A DNA stretch of 64,000 nucleotides from Carpediemonas membranifera BICM. Its lineage: Eukaryota; Protista; Fornicata. The notes under the pieces are model-generated. The model was not told the DNA's origin and did not search any database. It saw nothing but the letters and a program-made list of their open reading frames with translations. The number at the start of each line of letters is the position of its first letter. Within the stretch, counting starts at the first letter, position 1. The DNA lies in assembly GCA_019828565.1 (NCBI GenBank), contig JAHDYR010000001.1, forward strand, positions 372,001-436,000, given 5' to 3'. The translations under genes and the position numbers were made by a program. Positions 52,128 through 61,403 of the stretch are shown here, in pieces.

Positions 52128-55100
52128 TTAAACCTCGGGGTCTGCAAGATCTACATCACTGAGCTGGAACGTCCGCAGCTCCGCGGGTGTGTCTGTGCCA
52201 ATGATGAGTTGCCGGTCCCTCTGATTCCATGCCATCGACGACACAGGCCGATCGTGCTGAAGCACGCGGATGGCGACAGGGGTGCTACTCATACCACCCC
52301 AAATGATGAGCTCGCAGTCATATGCTGTGACCCAGTGGCAGTCGCCGATCCTGCAGACCAGCAGCGAGGCGGTGGTGTCCCGGACGGTGTGTCCCTGACT
52401 CCAGCCGACCTTCTTCGTCGCCATGTTGAGCAAACCCACAGCAGCCGTTTCAGTCCCAACCAGCACCTTTCCAACACCCGAACTGACCATGCAGATGTCG
52501 ACAAGCCCGCTATCAATGGCAACCTCGTCAGAGGTACCCAGCTCCCGCATGATGATTTTTCCCTGGGCAGTACCAATCACAATCGTGTTGCGGATGACAC
52601 CCATGGCGACAGGGGTAACCCTGCGAGTGCTGAGGGCAATGGGGTCCTTGAATACAAGCCGTCTAGTCCCATTTGGTCCTGATTCGATTCCCCATGAATA
52701 AATGGGGCCTGCAAAGGCACATGATAAGATAGTAATCCGCTTCTGGCGGTCAAGGTGGACTGCTACAGCTGTGACCATCCCTTTGTGAACCATCTCGGAA
52801 GACCCGCCGCGGTTGTCGGCCGTCACGATGTCCCACATCCGGACGACGCCATCCTCGTGCCCGGTGATGAGAAGCGGCGTGTCAGGTATGGTTTCCGCCG
52901 CCGTGATGGCGACGTGCGTGGTCATCGGGTCCGACAAGGGGTCGAGGCTGAGCGGGTGCCACACCGTGATCATCCCGGCGCCGTCCACACCGTACAGGCG
53001 CAGCGAATCCTTGCTACGGTACGCCTCGAACGCCTCTGGAGACAGCCCCGGGTCGGGCTCCTCGTCGCCGGCTCCCTCTCCGGGTGGGGGCAGTCGGTCT
53101 GAACGGGCGTTGATCTTGTGGCGGTGCATCGTGATCATGTCATCAAGAGCCCTGCATCCGTCCTCCAGCACCCCCGCCGCTGTGGGCGTCTGGTAGCTGA
53201 AGCCATGCCCGTAGCCCACATGGCCGCACGATTCGGCAGGACCGTCGCTAATCGAATCATTATCCGAGAATGAATCCAGCGGGGAGGGTATCTCGATGTC
53301 CGCCTCCTCTGGCGACTCCCGCACGGCCATCGGGGTCCGGGGCAGCTCAGAGATCATGGGGTCCAGCGCCTCGTCGGACTCCTCCACGTCCTCGAAGTCG
53401 GCAAAGCGGTTGCTCATGCTGAACTCGCTCGTAAGTCCAGTCCGAGCATCACCATAGCTGCTACGTCCAAGCGCTCTCACGCCCAGTCGCCCCCCATGAT
53501 GCGACGGGGATGGTGTCGTCTCAATGCCCCTCGATGCCATGACAGTCCGTGCCCGCCGCGCCTTCTGGGCATTGGGCGTGCTTCTAAGGCGGCTCAGCTC
53601 CTCGGCAAGGTCTGCCGAGAAGTCCGGGGTGATGGTAACCGTGGGTTTCTTGGGCAGCCCCTCGGATCTGGTCCCCTGGACAGATTCTGACCGTCGCTGG
53701 TGGGGGTTCGGCTCAAACATGCGGTTGAGGTCCCGTTTGAACAGATTCAGGGCGCGATACCCCGATTGGGTCAGGCCCTCTCGCGTGTGGAAGGCGAGGG
53801 AGGTCTTCCGGCCGCTGGTCTTGATGCTGGGCAACGACCGGTGGTTATCAGGGGTCATACGCGGAGTTCTGAGGTTCTTGATCGACGGCTTCTTCCCGCT
53901 CTCTCTAATCTGAGGCAGGAAGTGTCCGACTCCCCTCTCCAGCGTAAGCGACTTAAACACCTTAGGAACGGTCACAGGGGCCCTGATAAGCTTGGTCCCG
54001 CCCGTGGTCTCAGACAGCTCAGTGAAATGTGAGACAATGAGATGAATGAAGGGTCTGTGAACACCCCGGGATGTCAGCGAGGCGGCGTCGACATTGCGGG
54101 CAGGGTTCTCATCCACCATGTAGGTCTCAATGCAGTGGGGACGCGTGATGAGTATCTCCGAATCTCCAAACTTATCGATGCTGATCACGGGGAGGATCGA
54201 GTGCGCCTGTGAAGAGACTTTGTGAGACCGAATCGCCTTCCTCAACCGAAGCACGCGCGTCTCCTGTTCCGCGGGATCGTCGCCGCGAACTATTGTTGAT
54301 CTATCCGGCTCTAGTGCTGAGTTTAGCAAGGCCTTAAGCTGCACTTTGACATAAACAGGGCCGGGGAGCTGGGAGGCGTAGAGCACCTTGCCCGACTTGA
54401 TTTGGACGACGGTGAGGCCGCCATTGGAATCACCGAGGTACGCCGTCTCGCCAATAAAATAGATAGCGGTGAATCTTCGGTCATTGGTGGCTGATTTGGA
54501 TAAAATCTCGGATTTGATGAGTTGACCGTATATTCTGACCTTCTTGTCATAAGAGATGGCCGCCACGATGTCCTCTTTGCTGATATGGACCACCTTGGAT
54601 ATCGCGAGCTGTGTGAAGTGGTCAAACTTGTATAGCGGCTGGAAATGAACAACTCCACCGACCGTGTCGCCACGCTTGTATAATAGAACGTCCCCAGTTG
54701 TTGTCGAACAGTAGAGCACCTCAACATCGACCATGGAGGACGATGAGAGCTGCATCGAGGTGACCCAGCCCATGACCCACCGCTGAGTTGGCAGCGTCTG
54801 TGCGACAGTATATTGAAGTCCGCGCGCATTGTAGTCCTGTCGCCATACCTTCACTGTCGAGTCTGTGCTGGCCGTGAAGAACATTGTCTCGAAGGGCGTT
54901 ATTGCTGTGATGGTTCCACCGTGGGCTGGCGTTAACGTCTGAATCAGTTGGAACTTCAACATTTTCCACAAGTGAGAGGGCACTGGCCCCTCGCTCGGGA
55001 TGATCTCAGTCAGTGACCATAGTGCCCAGATCTTGATCGCTCGGTCGGTGCTTCCTGAAATAACATAGTGCCGTCCTTGGACGCAAATTGTTGCTAGAAC

Positions 55101-55415
55101 GCTAATTGCTGATGTATGCGCCTTCACTGATATCTGTGGCGTTGAGATAACTGTCCGCCGATTCAAGCCCTGGTTTCTTTGGAACGCTACAAGGCGACCA
55201 GTGCTGTGCCCAGCGACAAGCGTCTGCATCCTCGGAATTAGCACAGGACATGACGTATATTGTACAGCTGTGAACGGTTTTGAGACATATGGGTCACTAT
55301 AGCAGATGTTTCTTCCAACAAACATCGGCACTCGCTGGTTGAGAGCGTTAAGCAGCACTTCACATAAATGGCTCGAAGAACAACTGTTGTACACCTGGCA
55401 GCGTAATAGCTCCAC
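52128..55415 (-). CDS. WD40-repeat protein with two propeller regions and a disordered middle
   Basis: AHTSAI..ISGSTDRAIKIW, AHGGTI..FTASTDSTVKVW, ITGHEDGVVRMWD. Confidence 0.85.
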   Translation of the reverse strand: MELLRCQVYNSCSSSHLCEVLLNALNQRVPMFVGRNICYSDPYVSKPFTAVQYTSCPVLIPRMQTLVAGHSTGRLVAFQRNQGLNRRTVISTPQISVKAHTSAISVLATICVQGRHYVISGSTDRAIKIWALWSLTEIIPSEGPVPSHLWKMLKFQLIQTLTPAHGGTITAITPFETMFFTASTDSTVKVWRQDYNARGLQYTVAQTLPTQRWVMGWVTSMQLSSSSMVDVEVLYCSTTTGDVLLYKRGDTVGGVVHFQPLYKFDHFTQLAISKVVHISKEDIVAAISYDKKVRIYGQLIKSEILSKSATNDRRFTAIYFIGETAYLGDSNGGLTVVQIKSGKVLYASQLPGPVYVKVQLKALLNSALEPDRSTIVRGDDPAEQETRVLRLRKAIRSHKVSSQAHSILPVISIDKFGDSEILITRPHCIETYMVDENPARNVDAASLTSRGVHRPFIHLIVSHFTELSETTGGTKLIRAPVTVPKVFKSLTLERGVGHFLPQIRESGKKPSIKNLRTPRMTPDNHRSLPSIKTSGRKTSLAFHTREGLTQSGYRALNLFKRDLNRMFEPNPHQRRSESVQGTRSEGLPKKPTVTITPDFSADLAEELSRLRSTPNAQKARRARTVMASRGIETTPSPSHHGGRLGVRALGRSSYGDARTGLTSEFSMSNRFADFEDVEESDEALDPMISELPRTPMAVRESPEEADIEIPSPLDSFSDNDSISDGPAESCGHVGYGHGFSYQTPTAAGVLEDGCRALDDMITMHRHKINARSDRLPPPGEGAGDEEPDPGLSPEAFEAYRSKDSLRLYGVDGAGMITVWHPLSLDPLSDPMTTHVAITAAETIPDTPLLITGHEDGVVRMWDIVTADNRGGSSEMVHKGMVTAVAVHLDRQKRITILSCAFAGPIYSWGIESGPNGTRRLVFKDPIALSTRRVTPVAMGVIRNTIVIGTAQGKIIMRELGTSDEVAIDSGLVDICMVSSGVGKVLVGTETAAVGLLNMATKKVGWSQGHTVRDTTASLLVCRIGDCHWVTAYDCELIIWGGMSSTPVAIRVLQHDRPVSSMAWNQRDRQLIIGTDTPAELRTFQLSDVDLADPEV

Positions 55416-55535
55416 ATTAACGCTGCCTCTCGAGTCACCACTGCTTGGAGCTGAGGGATTTCAAGGCCAACAAGAGTTGCCCGTCCGATGGAGTCGATCA
55501 CAGCTTAGTGTTGTTATTTTAGTCCGAAAATGTGC

Positions 55536-56138
55536 TTAATAGCGCTGGCTGAAGCCACCGCGGGATCCGCCGCGGGATCCACCACGGCCCCTGGAGAAAC
55601 CGCCACCTCTGCTACCGCCACGGCCACCGCCACGGGAGAATCCACCGCCACGGGAACCACCGCGAGAACCGCCACGAGAGCCTCCGCGAGAGAATCCGCC
55701 ACCGCGAGAGCCACCACGGCTTCCGCCGCCACGGCCGCCGCCGCGGGGTCCGTTGGAGAAGCCCTTGGCCTTGTTGCCACGAGCACCACCGACCTTTGTG
55801 GGCTTGGTGAAGCGTTCTACAGGAAGAGTTCTAGACTCGTCGATGAAGAACTTCTCGCCGACCTCAAAGGACTTCGCGTTGATGCCTTGCATGGGCTTGA
55901 CGGAGAAGAAGCGGTTCTTCACGGTACCAAGAACCTCCTCAACGTTTCCGACCTTCTGATCGTTCTTCACGAAGATATCAGCCTTGAACTGAGGCACCTT
56001 CTCGGCAAGAGTCATTTTCAATACAAGATCGCCCTCAGCGCTGTGCATGAACTCTCCAACCTCGACATGGATGCCAGAATCACGGTTTTCAAACCGATTT
56101 CCACCGCCATAACCACCTCTGCCGCCTCTAAAACTCAT
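55536..56138 (-). CDS. GAR1: H/ACA snoRNP protein GAR1
   Basis: RGG-rich ends flanking VGEFMHSAEGDLV...VPQF..KVGNVEEVLG...FSVKP..GINAKSF..LPVERF. Confidence 0.95.
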   Translation of the reverse strand: MSFRGGRGGYGGGNRFENRDSGIHVEVGEFMHSAEGDLVLKMTLAEKVPQFKADIFVKNDQKVGNVEEVLGTVKNRFFSVKPMQGINAKSFEVGEKFFIDESRTLPVERFTKPTKVGGARGNKAKGFSNGPRGGGRGGGSRGGSRGGGFSRGGSRGGSRGGSRGGGFSRGGGRGGSRGGGFSRGRGGSRGGSRGGFSQRY

Positions 56139-56302
56139 AGGCTCGGTCTCTTCTACCTCTTCGACTCAAGATCAAAGTCACCAAAATTGTGGCGCCAAAA
56201 AGAGGGGGGTTTGGCAGCGTGGGAAGAGTAGACCTGATTGCGAGCACTACCACGCTCATTCACGACCATCTTCTTTTTTTCAGGAAAAAATGAAACTCCA
56301 CC

Positions 56303-57277
56303 ATGTCGTCATCCAACGCTGTCTATCTGGACACTTCGGGCGATCAAAATGAGAAAACATCACTACTGAACTTCGAGAATACGGATATGATGGAGAAAAC
56401 CATCATGGAACTTGATGGGAAACGGCATTTGCAAGTGTTGTCCACAACTACGTGGAGCACACACAACCAGTTCAGGCGCTCATCAGCGAAGATTAACGTC
56501 ATGTCTGTAGGCATGGATCAGAGTCAGGAGCTTGACAAGATCAGTCTCCTCGGGAATTCCGAGCAAGTCGATCCGAATTCGATGCAATTGTTCTGCCTTT
56601 GGCGCCATACGGACGGCACTTACCGCATGAGGAAGATTAATGATCAGTATAGGATGAGTAGGACGACTTTCGAACCCCAGTCTCGGGAGGAGCTTGAGCG
56701 CCTGGCGGAATCTGCGCACAAGAGCCTCCGGGAACGGACGAAGAAGATCGACGAGAAGATCAAAGATGAGAACAAGGATCGCAAGATTGCGGAATGGCTT
56801 GAGAAGGAGACCAAGAACGAGGGCAATGAGTTTGACGAGCAGGATGGCCATGCAACCGACGACGACGACGATGCCGCCGTCGAGAAGGACCTCGACCAGG
56901 TGTCTCGACAGTTCTTCGACAACGTGCTATACGTTGAGGCGCCCGAGGACGAGGAGGAGGCAGACGAAAGTATGTCGGAGGATGACGGGCAAGAGATGGA
57001 CGTGGACGGCGAGATGAGGGCTCAGACGGGCAAGCGGAAGCAGCCGGCGCAGGAGTTTGATCGCAATGACAAAGCTTACGCTAACACTGTCCGCCTGGCG
57101 CTGGAGGACTATGTCGGGCTGGAGAAGGGCGGTACGAATGAGAACACGCTGCACAACTTCCTGATGACGCAATTCTCCGAGATCAGGACGGATAAGAAGA
57201 AGCTCAGCATCGTCAAGCAGGTTCTGAAGATGTGTCTGGATCGGAGGGACGGGATGGTGTTCCTCAAAGCAAAATAA
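56303..57277 (+). CDS. Possible divergent TFIIF alpha (RAP74/Tfg1)-like protein
   Basis: Beta-rich N-terminus (LFCLW..DGTYRMRKINDQYRM), acidic middle, C-terminal winged-helix-like end (..IVKQVLK...MVFLK); architecture-level resemblance only. Confidence 0.4.
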   Translation: MSSSNAVYLDTSGDQNEKTSLLNFENTDMMEKTIMELDGKRHLQVLSTTTWSTHNQFRRSSAKINVMSVGMDQSQELDKISLLGNSEQVDPNSMQLFCLWRHTDGTYRMRKINDQYRMSRTTFEPQSREELERLAESAHKSLRERTKKIDEKIKDENKDRKIAEWLEKETKNEGNEFDEQDGHATDDDDDAAVEKDLDQVSRQFFDNVLYVEAPEDEEEADESMSEDDGQEMDVDGEMRAQTGKRKQPAQEFDRNDKAYANTVRLALEDYVGLEKGGTNENTLHNFLMTQFSEIRTDKKKLSIVKQVLKMCLDRRDGMVFLKAK

Positions 57278-57373
57278 AGCTTTGGTCCTGACATGTTGAC
57301 TGGGTGAGCAGCCTCCTGTGACAGTATGCGAATTTCACGAATCCCATCATTCACCTGCTAAACTGGCTCTACA

Positions 57374-58798
57374 ATGGGCTGTGGGGTGTCGAAAGGCACT
57401 GAATGCATAGTTGATGACGGTAGAGATCTGCTTGCTGACCCGGATCAACCATGCATCTTCCCGTTGATCGACTGTGTGCCCGCGAGTCCATATACTGAGG
57501 ATCCATCGCCAATTGATGATATCGATAGCGAAAATAGCGCTATTCAGACAAACAAAGGTGTGGTGATGTCAAGTTATGCTGCTGTTAGCTCTTCTTCGCC
57601 ATCTCCTTCTCTCGACAACGACGAAACACGGCCCATCACGGCCCAGAGCAGCCTAGAGCCCGAGACCGAGCTCGAGATTCATCTGCCAACGCTGAATAGC
57701 GTATCTGATCGCGTCCTATCCACGCTATGTTTCCTTTATGATCAGGACAGCTGCGTATGGTGGCTATCCCGCCGTATCTTGAGCTTGAGGCGATACCAGG
57801 ATGTCACAACACACGAGGGCCGCTGTTCAGTCGCCCGGACCGCTGTTATTGGCGGAAGATTGGCCGTATCTGTGAATGATTCACCCTGGGCCATGGGATC
57901 GACTCCGACCGTCCGTCACGTGTTGTCATCGGAGGGATCCGTCTTCATCATTGCTGGAAATAGCGTGTTCGCCTTTGGTGCCAACCACCAAGGCGTTCTG
58001 GGTGTTGGCAGTGTCAATTCGACACTGTTTTCCCCCGTTCGTTGTGATGTGACGATCTCAGCATCCACCCAAGTCTGTATATATAGACCAGACAACGCTG
58101 CCTGTTATCTAGAATTGCAAGACAGCAATTCATCCGATTATCAGCTGTTTGTCGCCGGCAGCAACATCCATGGCAGATTTGGGGTTGACTTAACTGAGTC
58201 GACCATTTACCGGTTTACTAGCGTCCCATTAGTCCCGCCAATGCGGTATTTAGACCTCACTGTGACCCCTGACCGCACCATCGGCTTCTCGGGCCAGACT
58301 GTTGTCGTCAGTGGCAACAACGGCCGCGGCCAGCTCGCGGTGGGAAGTCGATCTGACGTTCACACCTTGACAAGACTTATCGCGCGTGTAGATGCAGTCA
58401 GATTTGCCGAATATTCCCTCCTCCTGCTGTCTGGCGGTAAGGTCCTGTTCGCGGGTTGGTCGCTTTACCACCCCTTGGGCAAGTTTCTACTGGGCGATCG
58501 GGTCATGGAGCAGAGCCTTGACATCGACGTCCTGCTGCACTCTGACGCAGTCATACCGGACTATTGTCTGGAGCCGACGGCAGTCGACTTTCCCTTCCCT
58601 GTGTCAGATCTGGATATCACAGAATCTGAGCTGTATTTGTTTGAATCTGCAGATACAGGAACCTGGTACGCTGTATCCCCTGATGCGGTCTCGTCCGTAC
58701 CTTCGCTGGAGATCGCCAGGGGCTGGCTTGCCGTTGACCAGCGTGCCGCCGCTGAAATATGGATTCGGAGCAACGGGCGATGGCACCAGATTCGTTAG
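57374..58798 (+). CDS. Dually acylated RCC1-like repeat protein
   Basis: MGCGVS start; FAFGANHQGVLG, VAGSNIHGRFG, VSGNNGRGQLA. Confidence 0.8.
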   Translation: MGCGVSKGTECIVDDGRDLLADPDQPCIFPLIDCVPASPYTEDPSPIDDIDSENSAIQTNKGVVMSSYAAVSSSSPSPSLDNDETRPITAQSSLEPETELEIHLPTLNSVSDRVLSTLCFLYDQDSCVWWLSRRILSLRRYQDVTTHEGRCSVARTAVIGGRLAVSVNDSPWAMGSTPTVRHVLSSEGSVFIIAGNSVFAFGANHQGVLGVGSVNSTLFSPVRCDVTISASTQVCIYRPDNAACYLELQDSNSSDYQLFVAGSNIHGRFGVDLTESTIYRFTSVPLVPPMRYLDLTVTPDRTIGFSGQTVVVSGNNGRGQLAVGSRSDVHTLTRLIARVDAVRFAEYSLLLLSGGKVLFAGWSLYHPLGKFLLGDRVMEQSLDIDVLLHSDAVIPDYCLEPTAVDFPFPVSDLDITESELYLFESADTGTWYAVSPDAVSSVPSLEIARGWLAVDQRAAAEIWIRSNGRWHQIR

Positions 58799-58900
58799 CG
58801 GACAGCCGGTACGTTAGCTTTGCTCCTGTATATCCTGATCCAATCCAGTTCGCTGTACAACAGATCCCTCTCTATTGATATGGTTTAAACCGTCAAGCGG

Positions 58901-59518
58901 CTACAGATTGTTGAACCGCTGAGACAACGCATCGATCCCGGGAGCAGTAGGGGCCTTCTGTGCCTCTGTTGCCTGGCCGGACGTCGACTCGACCGCTGGT
59001 GCGAACTCCGACCTGAACTCAAGCAACTCCTTGGCGGCGATGCCTTGGATGAGGGTGTCAACCTCCTTGAGGGGCACCGCAGAGGCGGCGGACTGACTCA
59101 TGACCTGGTCCATAAAGGTCGACTGAGCCTGGACGTCCTCGAGCTGGCCCATGAACTGACCGACGGCCTGCCCCATCTCAGTCATGTTGGCGGAAGAGAG
59201 TGAGCTGGCCAGGTTGTGACCGAGCTGGCCCATAGTCTTGCCTATAGAGGACATGTTGCTCTGTTGCTCAAGGAGGCCGATGCAGTGGTCGAGGTTGGCG
59301 ACAAGAGAGCGGTATTGAAAGGCTTCTTGCTTCTTGCGAATAGCCGTTGTGGCATATAGGCGTGCGCTGTTGTCATCGGAGCGCTTTATGCATGCCGTCA
59401 CCTTCTTTTCGGCCGCAATCTTGTCCTTGTCGGCCTTCTTTGCGTTTCTTGTCAGCTCCTTCATCGCAAACTTAATGTCGAAGATATCGTCAGCAGTTTC
59501 GTGCTTGTGGTGTCCCAT
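58901..59518 (-). CDS. DID2: ESCRT-III subunit Did2/Vps46/CHMP1
   Basis: IFDIKFAMKELTRNAKKADKD..ARLYATTAIRKKQEA...C-terminal MIM1 LSQRFNNL. Confidence 0.9.
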   Translation of the reverse strand: MGHHKHETADDIFDIKFAMKELTRNAKKADKDKIAAEKKVTACIKRSDDNSARLYATTAIRKKQEAFQYRSLVANLDHCIGLLEQQSNMSSIGKTMGQLGHNLASSLSSANMTEMGQAVGQFMGQLEDVQAQSTFMDQVMSQSAASAVPLKEVDTLIQGIAAKELLEFRSEFAPAVESTSGQATEAQKAPTAPGIDALSQRFNNL

Positions 59519-59560
59519 TATGATTTAAGAAGCTGGGTTTGGCTCATCGAATCTCCAGCC

Positions 59561-59640
59561 TGTTGCGCAGTATAAACACATTTTTCGAACCTCCCAGACA
59601 GGGCCTGAAAGGAACGATCAAAGTGCCAAACTGCACAACA
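59561..59640 (-). ncRNA. Candidate Fanzor omega-RNA scaffold hairpin
   Basis: 80-nt extended stem-loop starting at the base after the Fanzor stop; 11-bp outer stem, 10-bp inner stem, six G-U pairs possible only on the minus strand. Confidence 0.55.
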
Positions 59641-61307
59641 TCATCCGTCAGCAGACGAATGGTGGCGGTTAGCCAATTGATGATGCTGGAATGATGTTGG
59701 AAGGCGCGGGATCGAGGTGCGACTGAATGGAGAGCCACTGAGCTCATCTTCCGTGGCAAGAGAACGCCACAGGATGTTCTCTGCAGCACTCTTGTCCCGA
59801 TGATCAACATTCAGAGCATCAGGAACTGTTGCGCGCCACTGAGCACCACGGCACTGTGGATTTTCGCAGAGCATCACACGATGTGGGTGAACGTGCTGGT
59901 CATCACGCGGACGAACTCGCTTGTAGGGGGCGTGGCAGTGAGGGCAGACGACGATGGTGCGATCCTCGTTAACCATGTTAAGATCGACGACAATGTTATA
60001 CCCCTTGAGAAGGGGAACTATCTCTCTCGCGAACTTTCGATATGGCGCGTAAGGAATGAACATACCAGCAGGCGTGGTGAATCCCGAGCTCCCGTAGAAG
60101 ACTTTCAGGCGAATGGGGGTGGCGATGGGATGGTGGCGACGCCAACCGAACTCCCGAGCAACTGTTGGCCGCAGCGGGCGAAGTGCTTCTGGCGAAGGAT
60201 GTGGTTCGCAAAGCGCACTCGGCGGAAAGACTTACGCATTCCAGCCTCGAAAATGTCGTTCGCGTTGTCCAGCACAAACCTAATAGAGTTGTTGATACTC
60301 ACTAGTTTTGTGCTCTTGAACGACGCGGCCGTCATATCAAAGCCGAAACTTGGCGTCTTAGTGTATCCGCACTTTGGAAGGACGCCGGAGCTGGTGGTGC
60401 CATCGGGGTGCCTGATGTAATACCCTCCGATGGACCTCGCGCCCGGGTCGAACCCCATGAGGGCATCAGGATCCGGCGCGGGTGGAGCCTCGGCATTATT
60501 GGTCCCGAGTCGGAGGCGCTCTTTCTCCCGCCATTTCGCTCGCTTTCGAACGGGCATGCTCGCATCATGTTGTGGCCGATAGCGACCGAAGCCTCTCTTA
60601 ATAGTCACCGCCACACAGACCCCATCGGTGCTCAGGCTGAGCAGACGGCCCATTGACCTGGGGTTGTCCCGGTAGCGTCTTTTCTGCTCTTCTGTCAACG
60701 GTTTGGTGGCGTGTGGGAGTGTGGGATGAATTCCCACACGATGACAGAAGTTCTCGTTTAGTAGGCCCATCGTTTCACCGTAGGCCATGAAGCCCGGTCG
60801 GACGGGGGCCATGGGCACGATTGGCACGAGGCGAGGCTGGCGGAGCGACATCGAGTACTCCCCGTTGAAGTGGCTGATGAGGCCACTCAACGTCTCCACT
60901 CCGTCAGCAATTGCCCAGACGCAAGAGAGAATGCGTGGGGCAGCCTGGGAGACTGGGAGCCCGTCATTCTCACCCATGTGTGCCGCCCAGAACAGCGATG
61001 GGAGACACGCGAGGATCTCAGGGTTGACCATGTTGAGGATGGCGTGAACGCCGGCCAACTCCTGCTCGAAGAAGGCCGGAGAGCCAACACCTGCGAGAGC
61101 TTCTTCGAGTCGGGCGAGGGTGCCCTGTAGCCTGTCACGGTACGTCGTCACCGTGCGGGCGAGCCACAGCTTCACAGAGTTGGCGTATCGGATGAACCAC
61201 TTCCGGAGACTGCTTGCAGGTGAGCGACAGCTCGAGATCGGCCACCCTTCAGAGTCTTCAACCAAGTCAAGGCAAAACTGCGGCAACGAGGGCTCCCTGA
61301 CGCCCAC
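59641..61307 (-). mobile_element. Fanzor (eukaryotic TnpB-family) RNA-guided nuclease gene, split by one frame break near 60100-60155; 5' end unclear
   Basis: STDGVCV, RuvC-I MGFDPG, FRRVRFANHILRQK helix, VFYG..F..P, alternative catalytic Glu in VNEDRT, CPHC..CENPQC Zn finger, RuvC-III HRDKSAAENI. Confidence 0.85.
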
Positions 61308-61403
61308 CCACTACCAACCCAGCAACGCTGCTGGTCAAGGATTTTTGGAGATGTATTGAACGACATCTCGACATTTGAGATCGAGAATCCGACAGCCGCA
61401 GTC

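Noticed and set aside
55540-55750. Tandem GC-rich repeats resembling an array
   Set aside because: They encode the RGG/FSRGG tail of GAR1; no spacers, not CRISPR
56186-56200. E2F-like TTTTGGCGCC site between GAR1 and the TFIIF-like gene
   Set aside because: Short single match; not distinguishable from chance
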